A stretch of DNA of 64,000 nucleotides from Rhina ancylostomus. Its lineage: Eukaryota. Shown here piece after piece: positions 36,196-49,700 of this stretch. Where the stretch lies: the NCBI GenBank assembly GCA_030265395.1, contig JARFYF010000104.1, positions 86,162,833 to 86,226,832 on the forward strand, given 5' to 3'. The notes beneath the pieces were generated by a model. The model had not been told where the DNA came from and made no database searches. It saw nothing but the letters and a program-made list of their open reading frames with translations. Both the position numbers and the translations under genes were made by a program. Position 1 is the stretch's first letter. The number at the start of each line of letters is the position of its first letter.

Positions 36196-36547
36196 AAAAA
36201 CAGAAAATATAGGAAAAAGTCAGCAGTTCAGGAGGCATCTGTGAAAAGTGAAACAGTTAATGTTAAAGATTCTTCAACAGAACTGAGAAAGAGATAAACA
36301 AGTTAGTCTAAGTAGCAGAGAAGGTGGGAGAGGGTCACGGGTGGAACAAAGAGATTTTCTCTGACAGGGTGAAATAAGATGGCCGTTAAGAAGCAGTTAA
36401 GCTCCTTTGCCTGTAATGTGCTGCTCATGTTGTAAAGTCTGCATAATGTTATTTCTCTTTACATAGTCGCTGCCTGACCTGCTGAGTGTTTTCCAGCATT
36501 TTCTGTTTTTATTTCAGATTTCCAGTGTCTGCAGTTTTTTGATTTTC
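36196..36547. mobile_element. Inverted-repeat element resembling chondrichthyan Penelope-like element termini
   Basis: AAAACAGAAAATATAGGAAAAAGTCAGCAGTTCAGGAGGCATCTGTG at the left is the diverged reverse complement of GCTGCCTGACCTGCTGAGTGTTTTCCAGCATTTTCTGTTTT at the right. Related pieces lie at 57441 and 61785. Family assignment is from recall. Confidence 0.65.
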
Positions 36548-37339
36548 ACTTACATGGGCTGTGTTCCTTATAGGCATACTGGGCCATGCCAGGTCCATTG
36601 CCAGTGAAGAGCTTTGCAATTTTTGGTTATCCTTGAGTGGTTCCGCTGTCAAGAAGGATAATGGGGAAAGCAATTGGAAGGGAGGAAGCAAATGGGAGGG
36701 GTCAAGGTAGGGCACATGGTGATTTTCAGCAATAAAGTGGAGGAACATTGCTGCACTTCAACTGCACATTCCATCAAGTACTTTAAAAAACTTGCCTAAT
36801 GGTCATGGTGCCATTAGTATCCTTAAGGATGGCTAGTAAGATCTCTATTTAGACGGGCTTTTTTGAAGGCAACTGTTTAACACCAGTTTCATTTTCAGCA
36901 CTTACTCATTTGCAAATTGGTGAGGCAGTGTAGGATTTCCATGCACTGTGGCAGCTTAGGTATTGTTATCCATGACAACTTACTGACTTACAAGTGGATT
37001 TTGTGAAGGTGAAAGTAGAAATGGACACAAAGGCAAAGTAAATTAAGGCAGATAATCAGAGATGATCTTAAAGCTTACAGAGGTGTTGCGGGGATAGAAG
37101 AACTTGAGGGCTTAGGGAGGGAGCAAAAGAGTGTGGAGATTGGGTGGATCTGTAAAGCATTGTTCTGTACCTGAGAGGAGAGAGAGCCACTTTGACAGTC
37201 AGCTGGTGGGAATATAGGATGAGGAGGCACAAATAGTCACAAGTAGAGATGGTAAAACAACAAATATATCTATTTACAAAGCAGTTGCAATATAGTGACA
37301 TATCCCTTCACAGGACTATTAACAATCAAAATCTAACAC

Positions 37340-37620
37340 TAATGCACATAGGGAGAGATAAGGGAGGATGACCAAAGCTTGCTCAGTAAGTACGTTATAA
37401 GGACTGACTTAAAAGAGGAAAGGTTTAGGGAAGGAATTCTGGTTTAGGATCTGGACAGCTGAAGACACAGCTGCCAGTGGTGGAACAATTACATCTGAGG
37501 ATGAGCAAGGATTGAGAATCTGAAGGTCTAAGGCTGGAGGAGTATAAGGAAATCAGCAGAGGGATTGAAAATAAGAATAAGAATTTTAAAACAGGAACCC
37601 TATTGATGATGGTTGAAAGG
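37340..37620 (-). mobile_element. L2 LINE 3' remnant
   Basis: GATGACCAAAGCTTG..AGGTTTAGGGAAGGAATTC..CAGCTGAAGACACAGCTGCCAGTGGTGGA..GAATTTTAAAA is the antisense of an L2 3' region. 37060-37220 may be a second piece. Confidence 0.65.
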
Positions 37621-40600
37621 AACGTTCAGTGAATCCAGCAGATGGGAATAATTTTGAAAAGCATACAGAAATAAATTCCAATTGTTATCAAGTTCTAATG
37701 AGCAGAACATTAAAAAATGCATTACAATGATAATGTGCAGGCAGAGAAACAGCCATTTCATATTTTAGCCTCTGAGCTGATTGCCCTTGGGTAGTGATGG
37801 CGAAGACTAGCATTTGCAGTTACTTCCATTGTGCCTCAGAACTGTAACAGCTTGGATTCCATGCAAGAAATCCAGAGTGCTCCAGGTTGTAGCGAGAGAT
37901 CAGTTTACCTTGGCATGTCTGTGGCAAGAATTGTGGATAAATGCCTTAATAAAATTGGGTGCAGAGCTAAGCACTTTTAAAAGTGTCTTTATGTTAGAAA
38001 ATCTAGTGAATGCTGCTTACAATGGTCTCTCACCATTCGCTACACATGAAATATGAGAGTGTACCTTATTCTAGTAATATCAGAGTATTCCAGTAATTCC
38101 ATTCTAGAATTATATTCCATTCTCGTAATGCCTTTTTTCTTTGAGCCTTGTGAATAGGCTGTTCGATTCACTGAGCCCTGATTCTGGCTGGCGTTTGATT
38201 GCAAACGCAGCCGATGAGATGTAAGTTGTGGAAAATGGTACTTGGAATTGACCTCACAATGCTCTTTTGAACCCAAACCACTAACATGGTGCCATATTTC
38301 AATTCTTGACCAGATTTTGCAGGTTACAGCCCTTAGCTGCTGTTGTTGGGAAGGAACTTGCATGCTTATATGCAAGAAATACTACATGAGGATTAACCAG
38401 AATTGCCTGAGGACATCGAAGCTCAGTTTACACCATTGGTAAATGTTCACATGTTGGTTCCAACAGTGGTGGCTGATGTTCTGTGTTTGCAGAGTCTTTT
38501 TGGTTCTTCATTAATGTTAGAGGCAGCCTACCTTATCTGGAGCCCAGCTATCAAGAAACATAACAATGGAGGCATTATTCCAAGCAGCATAGGTTATTGT
38601 AAACTTGTTCTATTTTATACACACTGCTTAAAACAGTACATTAATACTGTTGATCACTCACAGCCTTGGACTCTAGGCTACAGTGCATTGATTCCCAACC
38701 AGGTGGGCATAAATGTTGATCCTAAATTTAATTTCTACAACTGTAATAGCAGATCAATTCACCTGTTTAGTTCACAGCCATTAGTGGATGTCTCTTGCTG
38801 TTCAACATCTTGACTAGATGTGGTAAGAAGTTACCCATTCAAACATGAACAATGCGTCTAAGTGCAACTACACTTGGACTGGTCCTGGGCATTGAAATTA
38901 CAGTATGAGAATTTAGCAATGAAGGCTCTGACCCTTTTATGGGAAATGTCTTTGTCTGCTGTTTCAAAGAGGTGTTGACCCTTGTCAAACCTAAAGGGAA
39001 GCTTCAGAGCAAGGTTCCTGTGCAATAGTTTGGAATGATATTGGTATGAGGAGAACTTCAATTTTAAAATCTAGTTTCCATTTATATAGTGCTACTTGCT
39101 TGCATGAACATTGGTTGAGAAATGGGCAACTGTTGACCCTAAAGGAATGACAGTGCACTGATTGTTTAAAGAAGCATAGGCAACAGAATTGAGTCCGCTT
39201 TTTTGGAGACCTTCTTCCTTATCATGCCTGTGAAGCTTGGGGTTCTGCACTGGAACTGGAACAAACCCTAACAACAAGCCTACAACTCCATAGCAGTCTG
39301 CCATGAAGTCAGTTTTCACAGAGATTAGTGAGTATGATTTTCATGTAGCTCTTTTCCAGATTAAGTTCCTCAAGCATATTAATCAAACCTGCAAGTAGTC
39401 CCAGTGGCTGGCGCGATGTTGGATTCTGCCAAATAGGCGGTTTGTTTACATCAAGATGAGAATGGCTTTTTAAAAATGTAGTTAGGAACACTGTCAAATC
39501 AGCAGTTAATTTGAATTGAATTAGTAATTTCTTTCTGTGGATCAATGGCTTGACTCACAAGAAGTTGCTTAAAGTGACCACCTGCATTCACAGCACAAAG
39601 GACTGGATTCCCAGCTCACTGTTCACTCCCAATAAACATATTGTTCAACAAAGCGTTAATTGTGTTAACTTTTGAGTGCTTTTCAGCTGCTAAGCACGGA
39701 TGTAAAGAGAGTTCTGCAGGGGAAAAAAATATTTTAAACATAAACATTTCTGAAATATTGAAGAAAGATTCTCAAAACAACATTATCCAGCATTTTGGAT
39801 GTCCTTTCATTAAAAGGACACAATCAAGACTGTTTAAATCAACCAAAAACTAAGTTTTCTGACTGGAAATATATCTGACAAAAATCCTTTCACTTGCTTC
39901 CAGCAATAATGGCAATTACCAATGTAAATAATAAACAAGCCTCCAATAGATGGCTGTGACCAGCCTTTTAAATGGAAACCAGCAACAATCTGTAATGTAT
40001 TACAAAAGAGCAAAGGGCATCCTAAAGAGCCAGCGTGGAAACACCTTAATGGAAAGAAAATCCCACCTTGATCTTTTCGGGTGCAGTTCAGTAGAGATTG
40101 AGTTAAAGGAAAATTAAAGACATATTCCCTTTCTTTGATCATTCAGTTTTTTTTGCTTGTGAAATGTTTCTTCTTGTCAGTGGTGTGTGTTTCTAGGCTT
40201 CTGTGTTATCCTGCTACTCTCTGTCCATCTGGGATTCATCCGTTATTTACCCCACCCAGTCACAGTAGCCATTGTACCAAAAGGATGGAATTCTTCCTCT
40301 TGGGGTTAAAATTTAAAGCAGATTGGAAATATTTAACAGCATAAAGCTGACCAAAGAAAAATCTGATCACGCGCACCATTTTAACTAAAAAAACTGAATT
40401 ATATCAAGTGTACTTGATTTTTGCCAAGAACTGAGGAATGATTTAACCTTGAGATGAGTTGGAATTGTATTTTGGCTTTGCTGTGAAAGCAGATTCTTAC
40501 AGATGATGATAAATAGTTTTTCCATGCCATCAGGCAGGGAAGTATATGAAGGAAAATTATTCAGAAGAATATCTTTTGGCTTGTTATAACTTAAAGGCTC

Positions 40601-42199
40601 ACTCAAAGATCTGTTATCCAGCATTGAATCGGTGGCAGTATTTAAAGACAAGGGTGGTGATATTTGTGTGGGTGAGGAACCACATATACTAAAATAGTTT
40701 GAAATGCCTTTAGTACAGATACTTCAGACATTCCTTTACCAATATAAATCATGTTTAGAAGTCCAAATCCATAAAGCCTTTACATTTAAATATACTTATT
40801 GTCCTCCATAACTTTTCTTGAACAATCAAAATATGTTCTGTTTGTCTGCTATGCTGCTATAATAATTTTCATCCCAATATCTTTGACTTTTTTAGCCCTC
40901 ATGCTATTTAAGGAGAAATTTCTAACTGTTTTGTTTTCCTTGACACATCGTGTATTGTCTGGCTAATGCAGTTGTCTGGCTTTCATTTGGCTTTCTTCTC
41001 CTTGGTGGTTGCCTGCTGATCCTTGGCACCGCAGATCCTGCTGCTGTTAGTCTAGTGACTAGAAGCCAATCTATCTCTCAGCAAGTTGTTTATTTTCTGA
41101 ATACACAGGGAGGAATCCCTGTAAATGAGTAAGTGTTACTTTTCACTTATTTCCCAGCCAGCAGGTGGCCAAAAACAATTTTGCCTTAACTACCTTGGCA
41201 TCTGAGATGTGAATGAAGTCTAATCTGTCATCCCGTCTTGTCAGACCATCTTGAATATGACTCTGTACCCATGTTATTCTGAGGTATGTGCAGTTGGAAT
41301 ATAGTTCTAATTCTTCAAAAAATAGGCAGAAAGCCAATGAGTGAGTCCTGTCTTAGCATGATCCACACCTTGCAGAAAGGATCAGGCTGAGGGCAGGGGG
41401 AAGGGAAAAAATTGGGATGGGCATTATCCATCTTGTGCACTAACTGTACATCATTATGCACAGTATCCAACTGAGTGTCATTTCTTTGTTTTTATATGAT
41501 ATGAAACTAATATGACAAGAATGGAAATGAACCATAGTTGGTCTAAAATGAATTGGCAAAATATAATTTGAAATTTGATTGGTGTGGACTGAGGTTATTG
41601 TTTGCTGTAGTATAAATCATGATTCAGCTTTCTTTAAAAGAAGCTGGTATGCTCAACAGTTGGACAGCTGTGTGAATAAGCATATGGTCCTTATACCTTC
41701 AGTCTCTGGACTGGAGTCCAAATTAGACTTGAACGCTTAGTTTCCCTGATAACTCCAGCAGTTTTACTTAGAATAAAGTTGGGCAGAGTAAGTCCAGTTC
41801 CTGGTAAATGTGGACAATGGTTCAAAATTGGCTGTAACAAATTGAAGTCTAATTTGAAAAAGCCACATAGTTGACTTGGAAAGTGGAAAAAATGCAAGCT
41901 GATATAGTAGTAGAAAGCATACAGAGCTTGGATTTGAATACTAAGCTGTTTGGAAATAGAGTTAGATGTTCATCTGACTTTGCCGTACTTGATACTAACA
42001 TTGGATATCAAAGTTCCTTTCAGTCCTCAATGCACATCTCCTTACATTAATCAGCATAACATGCCATGCAAGTAAACTGTTAACTCTGACTTGGAACTGA
42101 ACGTTTCAACCAGCAGCTGAACAATGTGAAATGCAAATGTAATCACATTAGAAATCTTAATCTTGTTACCAGAAACATTATTGAAGAGGAAGGGAAGTT

Positions 42200-42560
42200 T
42201 TGGCTTCAATCTTTCAACAATAATCAGTACTGAAATTGTGGCCATCTAGTCTGCAGTGCCTGCCACTTACATTCTTTCTCCTGTTCCATGGGGTCAAACT
42301 TTTGTTGGGAACTGGACCAGATACTTCTCAGCCCTGTTGTCAAAGTTGACACCAGGTGAATTTTCAGAGCGTATGTCAGCATAACTAAGACCACTTCTTT
42401 CCATCCTTCAGCATATGTACTTTCATCCATAACATTGTTACCTCTCAAGTTGATCTTAGCAATATACATTATTACTCTAACTATCCAGTATCCTCAGGAC
42501 TTTTGTGGTCTAGACTAACATATTTTCTGGACTTTTAAATATTACTCTTGTTGATATCCC
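42200..42560 (+). mobile_element. L2 LINE ORF2 remnant
   Basis: CAGCATAACTAAGACCACTTCTTTCCATCC (like SITKTAYFHL) and TCCATAACATTGTTACCTCTCAAGTTGATCT (like IHAFVTSRLDY). Confidence 0.55.
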
Positions 42561-42949
42561 AGCTCACTATTATTTAGTGTTTTAAAAATGTTAGCGTGGT
42601 ATAATTTTTAAGTGAACCCAGTAAGATCACTTAAAAAAAAGTTCCCAGAATATGGCCTGACATTGTAATATTCTCAGTCTAATGGAATTTTCACAGCTCA
42701 AAGTTCTCCACACTGTTTTCACTCTGTACTATTCCCACTGAGGGTAGCTGAGCTATGAAACTCAATGGTTTGAGTTTGAATTTGTAAAATGACCATTCCC
42801 AAACATGGTGATGATCAAGTGAATCATTTCTGCTCCTACATGATAGATCTGCCCCCATCAGCTATCAAAACAGTGCTGGACCTTCTCAACTCACCAGCGG
42901 TGAGCAAGAGGGGCTGTGGAAGAGGACAAGGAAGTATGTGCTGTGTCTT

Positions 42950-42967
42950 TGTGTGTGTGTGTGTGTG
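42950..42967 (+). repeat. (TG)9 microsatellite
   Basis: Direct read. Confidence 0.9.
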
Positions 42968-43049
42968 TATGTGCGTGCATGCAGTCAGTGTGCATCTGCC
43001 CACTCAGTGTGCTGTTAGGCATCTTTGCATGTCTATGTGTATTGATCCT

Positions 43050-45690
43050 TTCAACAAAGTCTGGCCTTTAAGGCCTCTGATCATCCTGGAAACCAGCAGC
43101 CACCCCCATGTTAAAAGAAATTATACACAGACCTCTTTCATGAATCAAAAACTGGAGACCAGTGGACAATGCCAGCAGCATTAAATCTGAACATTGCTCT
43201 GTTATCATAGTCTGAGAAGTCAGACACTCTGACATTGATGCTACTCCTCTAAATGACCTAGGACATGTCTAGCTCAAAGGACAAGGCAGTGGGTACGTCT
43301 TCTTATGGAAAGGAAAACCAGTAAAGGAATGGCAGCTTTATTTTGTGGGTTTCATCATCAAGAATGAATTAGTCTGTTGCCTCAGCGATGTGCACTATTG
43401 GTTAGGTGAATGTCCCATGATCGCCCACCCAACATGCTGCAGCCATTAGTACATCTGCTCCAACCCTGGAAGCAATGCACAAGGCCACTGGGGAATTGCA
43501 CTCTGACCTTGAACTCTGGCCAGAGTCCCAGCAGAAGGTGGCGTCACAATGGATTTACTTGGTAACTTCAATGGCAGAATCAGAAACTCTGGAAAGACGT
43601 GATTGGCAAGGAAGGAGTAGAGAACTATCTCCAGTGGTGCCCTACTCCTGATAAAATTCTTGGAAGACAGGCTTGTCATACCGAATCTCAACAACTATTG
43701 GACTGAGCATCACTTAACGTGGTCTTTTACCTACATCCACTTGGCCCCAAAATGGCATGTCAAAGTTGAAAGATGCAAGAACCTCACACAAACAAAAATC
43801 GATCTGCTCAGTCAGCACCTCAAAGACAACCTGATAACTCTCAGCCAGCAGATGTCACAGAGTGCCCCACTGTTCACAGCTGCTTGGAACGCTGAAGACC
43901 AGAAAACGCCTCAACTGGTTTGATGAGAACAAGAAGGAGAACAAAGGAAGAATTGACCATAAGCACTGAAAGCATCATCCTGTCTCAAAGAGAAAAAAAG
44001 AATCATATGAAAGCTGAGGTCCAACATATAAGTTAGCCCTAGAGAACAGATGCTATATGGTAAGAGGACAAGAGATCTAGCAACTAGCTAGTATTCACAG
44101 CATGCATAGATTCCTCAGCACTATCTACAACCCAAACAACCAGGGACTTAACTCAGTGGGAGAGAAGATTAGAGGAGGGTTTATCAAGGGTAGAGAAGAA
44201 GTCCGTGCCTGTTGGAAGGAGAACTTCAACTGAGACTCTGTTTTTCACCTGAGTGTTCTTGACTCCATACCTCAGTACACTATCTGCCACCATCTTGGCA
44301 CTTTCCCAGTCTGGCAAGAGGTTGAAAAGCCCATTCAACAGCTGAAAAACAGCAAAGGCTCTGGAGAATATGAAAACCTGGCAGAGAACTACCTCACCTG
44401 TGCAGATGAGAGCATGCCNNNNNNNNNNNNNNNNNNNNNNNNNNNNNNNNNNNNNNNNNNNNNNNNNNNNNNNNNNNNNNNNNNNNNNNNNNNATGTGGG
44501 TTTTTTTTGAGTTCAGAAAAGCCTTCAGCAACATAAATCAAGATGGATTTTGGGGGATTCTCAGAAATTCATTACATACTATGTGTAAGCTATGATCCTC
44601 AGCAATGGGTGCGACACAGCCCCAATCCCAGTACAGAATGGGGTCAAACAAGGGTGTACAAAGTCACAATCTGACTTCACCTCACTGCCAACGAGCTCGC
44701 TGATGGGGTGGAGTTAAGCTGCAGAATGAGTAGAAAATGGTTCAGCCTTTGGTGACTCCACCTCAGAACAAGATCACCCCAATCTCAGTCATAGTAGATT
44801 CACACTTGGTGTCTGAGTTCCGAGTCATCATTAACCATTTTACTGAAGTTACAAAACGTGGACCTCACAGTAAACATCTGGAACACATTGATCCTCTTCC
44901 AAACTCCTCTGTAATTCAACATTGTCCCTGTAATCAAAATCTATGGCTAAACCTTGGAAAACATAGACATCCTTCTTTATCTTGGTAGGGAAGACAGACA
45001 TTAATGACAAAGTTCACCAGTGCCTCCAGTGTGCCAGCACAGCTTTTGATAGATTGACAAGAGAAGTATTTGAAGAGGAAGACCTCATATTCAGCACCGA
45101 GCTCATGGTCTGCTGAGCAGCAGTGATCGCTGCCCTCCTTATATGCTGATGAGATTTGGACAGCCAGCTGTGGGTGCCTCAAAGGCTGGGAAATACCAAC
45201 AAAAGCATCTCTGCTAAAATCATCTGAATCAATTGGCAGGGTAGGTGAACTAATATCAGCATCTTCTCCAAGGCAGCGTCCCAGTGTCAGTGCTCTAATC
45301 ACACACAACCAACTTCAGTGGGTGTCCATGTTGTCTGTAGTCCCAACACAAGTGCTCTATTCTGAACTCTGTCATGGCAGAGGTTTCCAAGAGGGCAGTG
45401 CAACCGTTCACATGTCTCCTTGACAAAATGTACCATCCTCACCAATCCATGGGATCCTGCAGAAGGTGCATCTGGGAAGACACTGAGCACTTAGAATGGA
45501 GCAAGGGGAAGCTATTTGCAAATAACAGTCTCCAAAACAAGCCACCTGCCTCCACAGTCAAGCAACACCTGCCCCACTTGTGGCAGAATCTGTCATTACC
45601 GTAATCGTTTCATCAGTCACCTCAGAATCACAGAAGTGGATTGGAAGCAAGTCACCCTAATCATCCTTGACCCTGAGCAACTGCTTATAT
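43050..45690 (+). mobile_element. Decayed, internally deleted RTE-clade LINE (endonuclease, RT and 3' end)
   Basis: Broken frames give the APE motifs GYVFLWKGKP (~43290), LLGNFNGRI and VIGKEGV (~43555-43620), the RT motif PIPVQNGVKQGC (44622-44657), and a C-terminal CPTCGRIC..FISHLRI (~45570-45630). Many stops and frameshifts. Confidence 0.88.
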
Positions 45691-46573
45691 AAACAAAGAA
45701 ATGGTGACAGTGAATCAGCTGCCTTTTTATATCTTTTCTGATCTTCCATTATCTTTTTACACTATTGTGCTAAGATTGTCCCATTATTTGACAATTAACA
45801 ATCTAAACACTGTGGCTTGTCTATTTTATCAAGCTTTTGCTATATCACCTTAATGTGTAAGCTCCTGCAGCTCCTCTTTAAGCTTTTGAAGTATGGCATT
45901 GTTTATAAAGACAACAATTGATGTGATTTAAAAAGATGCTAACCAGGTACTTTAACAAGTAAGAAAAAGCTGTCTTGCAAATGAGAGACCAGATAACAAT
46001 GCACCAATTGAAAGTTTTCAGCTTCTGCTTTTAATCTGATACATCTGTACATTTCTATACTTGCTGCTAAGATTTGGAGCTGTAAAACAGATCTTATTAC
46101 AATATAATTCACAGAATGATCTTTAGACAATGACAGTCAATATATTTCTGAAAAATAGCTGGTGTAGTTTAAGTATGGACATCTCAGATTTGCTTTGCAT
46201 GAAAAATTCTTTGACAGAGTGTATTGTCTCTTTGGATCAACTGTAAACACTGAGGTTTTGTCAATCTGCTGAGTCTGTTGTTGGGAGTAGCACACCCTTT
46301 GCAGTTTTAAAATACAAACTATTTCCATTCATATGACTGTAAATATAAAACTCTGCCCTTCTTGTTTGTGGAGGTTTGTAATGTGCCTTGCTCTTTTGTG
46401 GCAGTGTCAAGGCTGGCTTTTTTTAAGAGGTTGACTACAGAATGGCTGGCACTGAACTGGTTTTGAACTAGATGGTGTAATGTTTTGACAGTTTGCAGTA
46501 ATTTTGATATTTGGGAACTGAACAACAGACCCTATTTGACAGTCTTATATTCACATTAATGCTAAATTATTCT

Positions 46574-46701
46574 GGTAGTGTAGTGGTTAGCATAATACTA
46601 TTACAGTACCAGCGACCTGGGTTTAATTCCGGCCACTGTCTGTAAGGAGTTTGTATGCTCTCCCCGTGTCTGCGTGGGTTTCTTCCGGGTGCTCTAGTTT
46701 C
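46574..46701 (+). mobile_element. V-SINE (HE1-like) 5' part, truncated by a gap
   Basis: GTAGTGGTTAGCATAATACTATTACAG..GGGTTTAATTCC..GTCTGTAAGGAGTTTGTA..GGGTTTCTTCCGGGTGCTC. Homologous to 35790-36007. Confidence 0.88.
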
Positions 46702-49700
46702 NNNNNNNNNNNNNNNNNNNNNNNNNNNNNNNNNNNNNNNNNNNNNNNNNNNNNNNNNNNNNNNNNNNNNNNNNNNNNNNNNNNNNNNNNNNNNNNNNNN
46801 NNNNNNNNNNNNNNNNNNNNNNNNNNNNNNNNNNNNNNNNNNNNNNNNNNNNNNNNNNNNNNNNNNNNNNNNNNNNNNNNNNNNNNNNNNNNNNNNNNNN
46901 NNNNNNNNNNNNNNNNNNNNNNNNNNNNNNNNNNNNNNNNNNNNNNNNNNNNNNNNNNNNNNNNNNNNNNNNNNNNNNNNNNNNNNNNNNNNNNNNNNNN
47001 NNNNNNNNNNNNNNNNNNNNNNNNNNNNNNNNNNNNNNNNNNNNNNNNNNNNNNNNNNNNNNNNNNNNNNNNNNNNNNNNNNNNNNNNNNNNNNNNNNNN
47101 NNNNNNNNNNNNNNNNNNNNNNNNNNNNNNNNNNNNNNNNNNNNNNNNNNNNNNNNNNNNNNNNNNNNNNNNNNNNNNNNNNNNNNNNATGACTCATAGC
47201 AATGCAAAGATTGCAAGTTCCATTAATGGTTTAGTTATCAACACACTGCCTTGTGAGATTAAGCCATCTGGACTATGAGAGTCTTGGTATTCTTCCTTCG
47301 GCAAAATGAAGTGCCTCAAGGTTTAAATAATCTGTCACTTTTCAATACCAAGGCTCAAATCTAAAACAAATTGATACCAATGAGTAGTCAACACCAATGG
47401 AGCTGTGTTGAAGCAAGAGCCTAGAAAATGAAGAAGATCTATAATTTGCTGCATTTGTGTGCTTTAAGCAAAGTACAGGAAATTCATTAAATTGAGGAAG
47501 TGACAGTGAGCATGGGTCTATGATGTTGCTGACCTCATTGCTTTGATCTCAAAGCCCCCAGTCTTGATTATAAGTGTCCATTTACCAGTCATGCACAATG
47601 CAAGTGGTGACCAAGGTCACTAGCCTACTGCAATCAGCTCTTTGTCTTACTTAAGCACATTCCTGCAGCGAGTGAATGCAATGAATACGGAACCAGTTCC
47701 TGGCAAAAACACAGCCAACCATGAGAAAACTTTTCAGAGCAGTTTGGCCTTCTTTTACAACTTTGGTTGACATAGTTGTGGCTTAAACTCAGCAAAGCAA
47801 ACTCAAATCAATTTTGAAATTCCTTTTCACATTTACATCCAAATGGTTGAAGGTCAAATTGTAATTTGTACCTTCCTGACCTGCCAACATTGGTCTGAAG
47901 TGACCTTTCCTCAGACTTGGCACAAACTTTAAAACACAACATGAGTTTTAATATAATTGACAGTAATTCTTACTTATGGCAAGATTCTTCAGAAGCCACT
48001 GGTGTTTACAACCTGTGCACGCGAAAATAAAGGCGATATGAAAATGAATAAAATGAGAATGTAATTTATATTTATGTTTAAGGTATGTGAGGATGAGAGG
48101 TGTTTCAGTGAGCCAGGATGCTAAGGGATGGTTTCCTTCTGTATTGAGTTGCCATAGTGATGCAAATAGAGTGAATAATGAGGTAATCGCTTATGGTGGG
48201 GAAGTGGAGAAATGCACAGCTTCTGAAGATGTCTTTTCTAAAAAGAGTGGATGGTGCTTACATGTCCCCACTCATCCCGCTTTTTTGTCCGTTTAGTTCT
48301 AATCTGATTATTCAGTTTATGACTTTAGGAAAAGTGGGAAATGTGCTCACACGGTAGGCATTCACCTTTTGGCCCTCTTTGATTAGCCACCCATGTCTTT
48401 CTATTACCATTTCCTTTATAGGGGAAGAATTAACTTCGAACTCCCAAGCTATTCTTTTTCTGATACATTTTGGGGATTATTGTGAAATACTTTCACACCT
48501 TTTCTTTTGGGGGCAGAGGCTGGAGGAATAATTTCCATGTTAACTTCCAGGAAGGCATTGAATTGAATTAAATTCTGCCATCATCCTTTCAGTTCAAGAT
48601 TAACATTTTTTTTCTGTTGATTTTTTAAGAGGGCTTTGTGGAGAATAGACTTTAGCAGACATTTGTGATGCATGCTTTTGTGTGAGTTATATAGTCACGA
48701 AGATCACTTTTTCCACCAGCTTTGCTACGGCAGAAGAAAAAAGCCCCTCCTGTTCAAGGATGAAAGCTGGAGACTAATCTGCTTCCATCTGGAAAATCAG
48801 AGAGCCAGGGGTTGCAGTCATGAGGTCACGTCCCTTATGTAAACTGTCAGATTCTTTTTACATTAAAAACTTATCACGTAAATACCAACTGAGGACTTGT
48901 CAGAGACACTCCTAAGAACGCAAAGCCAGACTCTCCCCTAAAAAATGAAGGGCTCTGTTATAGGAGGAAAAATGACTGCCTTGCCTGTCTGCATAGTAGT
49001 TATTATTCTATTGGGAGTCAGCAGGAAGAGAGAATCTAAGTTGCTGCAACAAAGCCACAAGACCACTGTGGCAAGAGATGTTCAGAGCATGAACTCACAT
49101 TGCACTTTCACTATTATATTTCTCCACTGATTCCTAAACGGTTTATTTTCTTTAGTCTTTGAAGTCATTAGATGGGAAGAAAACAGAGGTATTGAATCCC
49201 CGGGGATGTTGTTTCTGTACGAGGCAGATAGTGCGCTCTCCGGTGTGACTAAAATTGGAGTATTTGCTCAGGAAGCTGTGGATGCCAGCTGGGCAATGGG
49301 ATGGCAGGGATTCCTGCCTGAATGTGAGAAGATCAAAGATCCACTGTCGGGGTTTGCACTGAGTGTGTGCTTTAGATACGACAGTTTGTCATCAGAGCGG
49401 GTAGCCTCAACTGAAATAACGTGTCTGCTTTTTTATTTGAGGCGTCTCCAAATAATAATAGTGGGAATATATTAGGAGATGTGGTTATTGTCCCATGACT
49501 TGGTGATTGTCTATCAAGATTCAGGCATGCAGCAATAGCAAAGAAGATGGACTAATTCCTGGACAATATCCTAAACTTAATTGTATATCTGTTGAATGGA
49601 TGGTGGAAGAAAGAGAAGGAAAAACTAAACTTGCTTCTTGTATTATTCACTGCATTTCATCTTTTGCTTAAATTCCTCTGCTTAGTGATGCAGTTGTATT

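Noticed and set aside
43528-43546. CTCF-like CAGCAGAAGGTGGCGTC
   Set aside because: Several core mismatches, and it lies inside a decayed RTE.
26376-48420. Shared 16-mer TACCATTTCCTTTATA at ~26376 and ~48405
   Set aside because: An AT-rich match of this length is expected by chance in 64 kb, and the flanks do not align.
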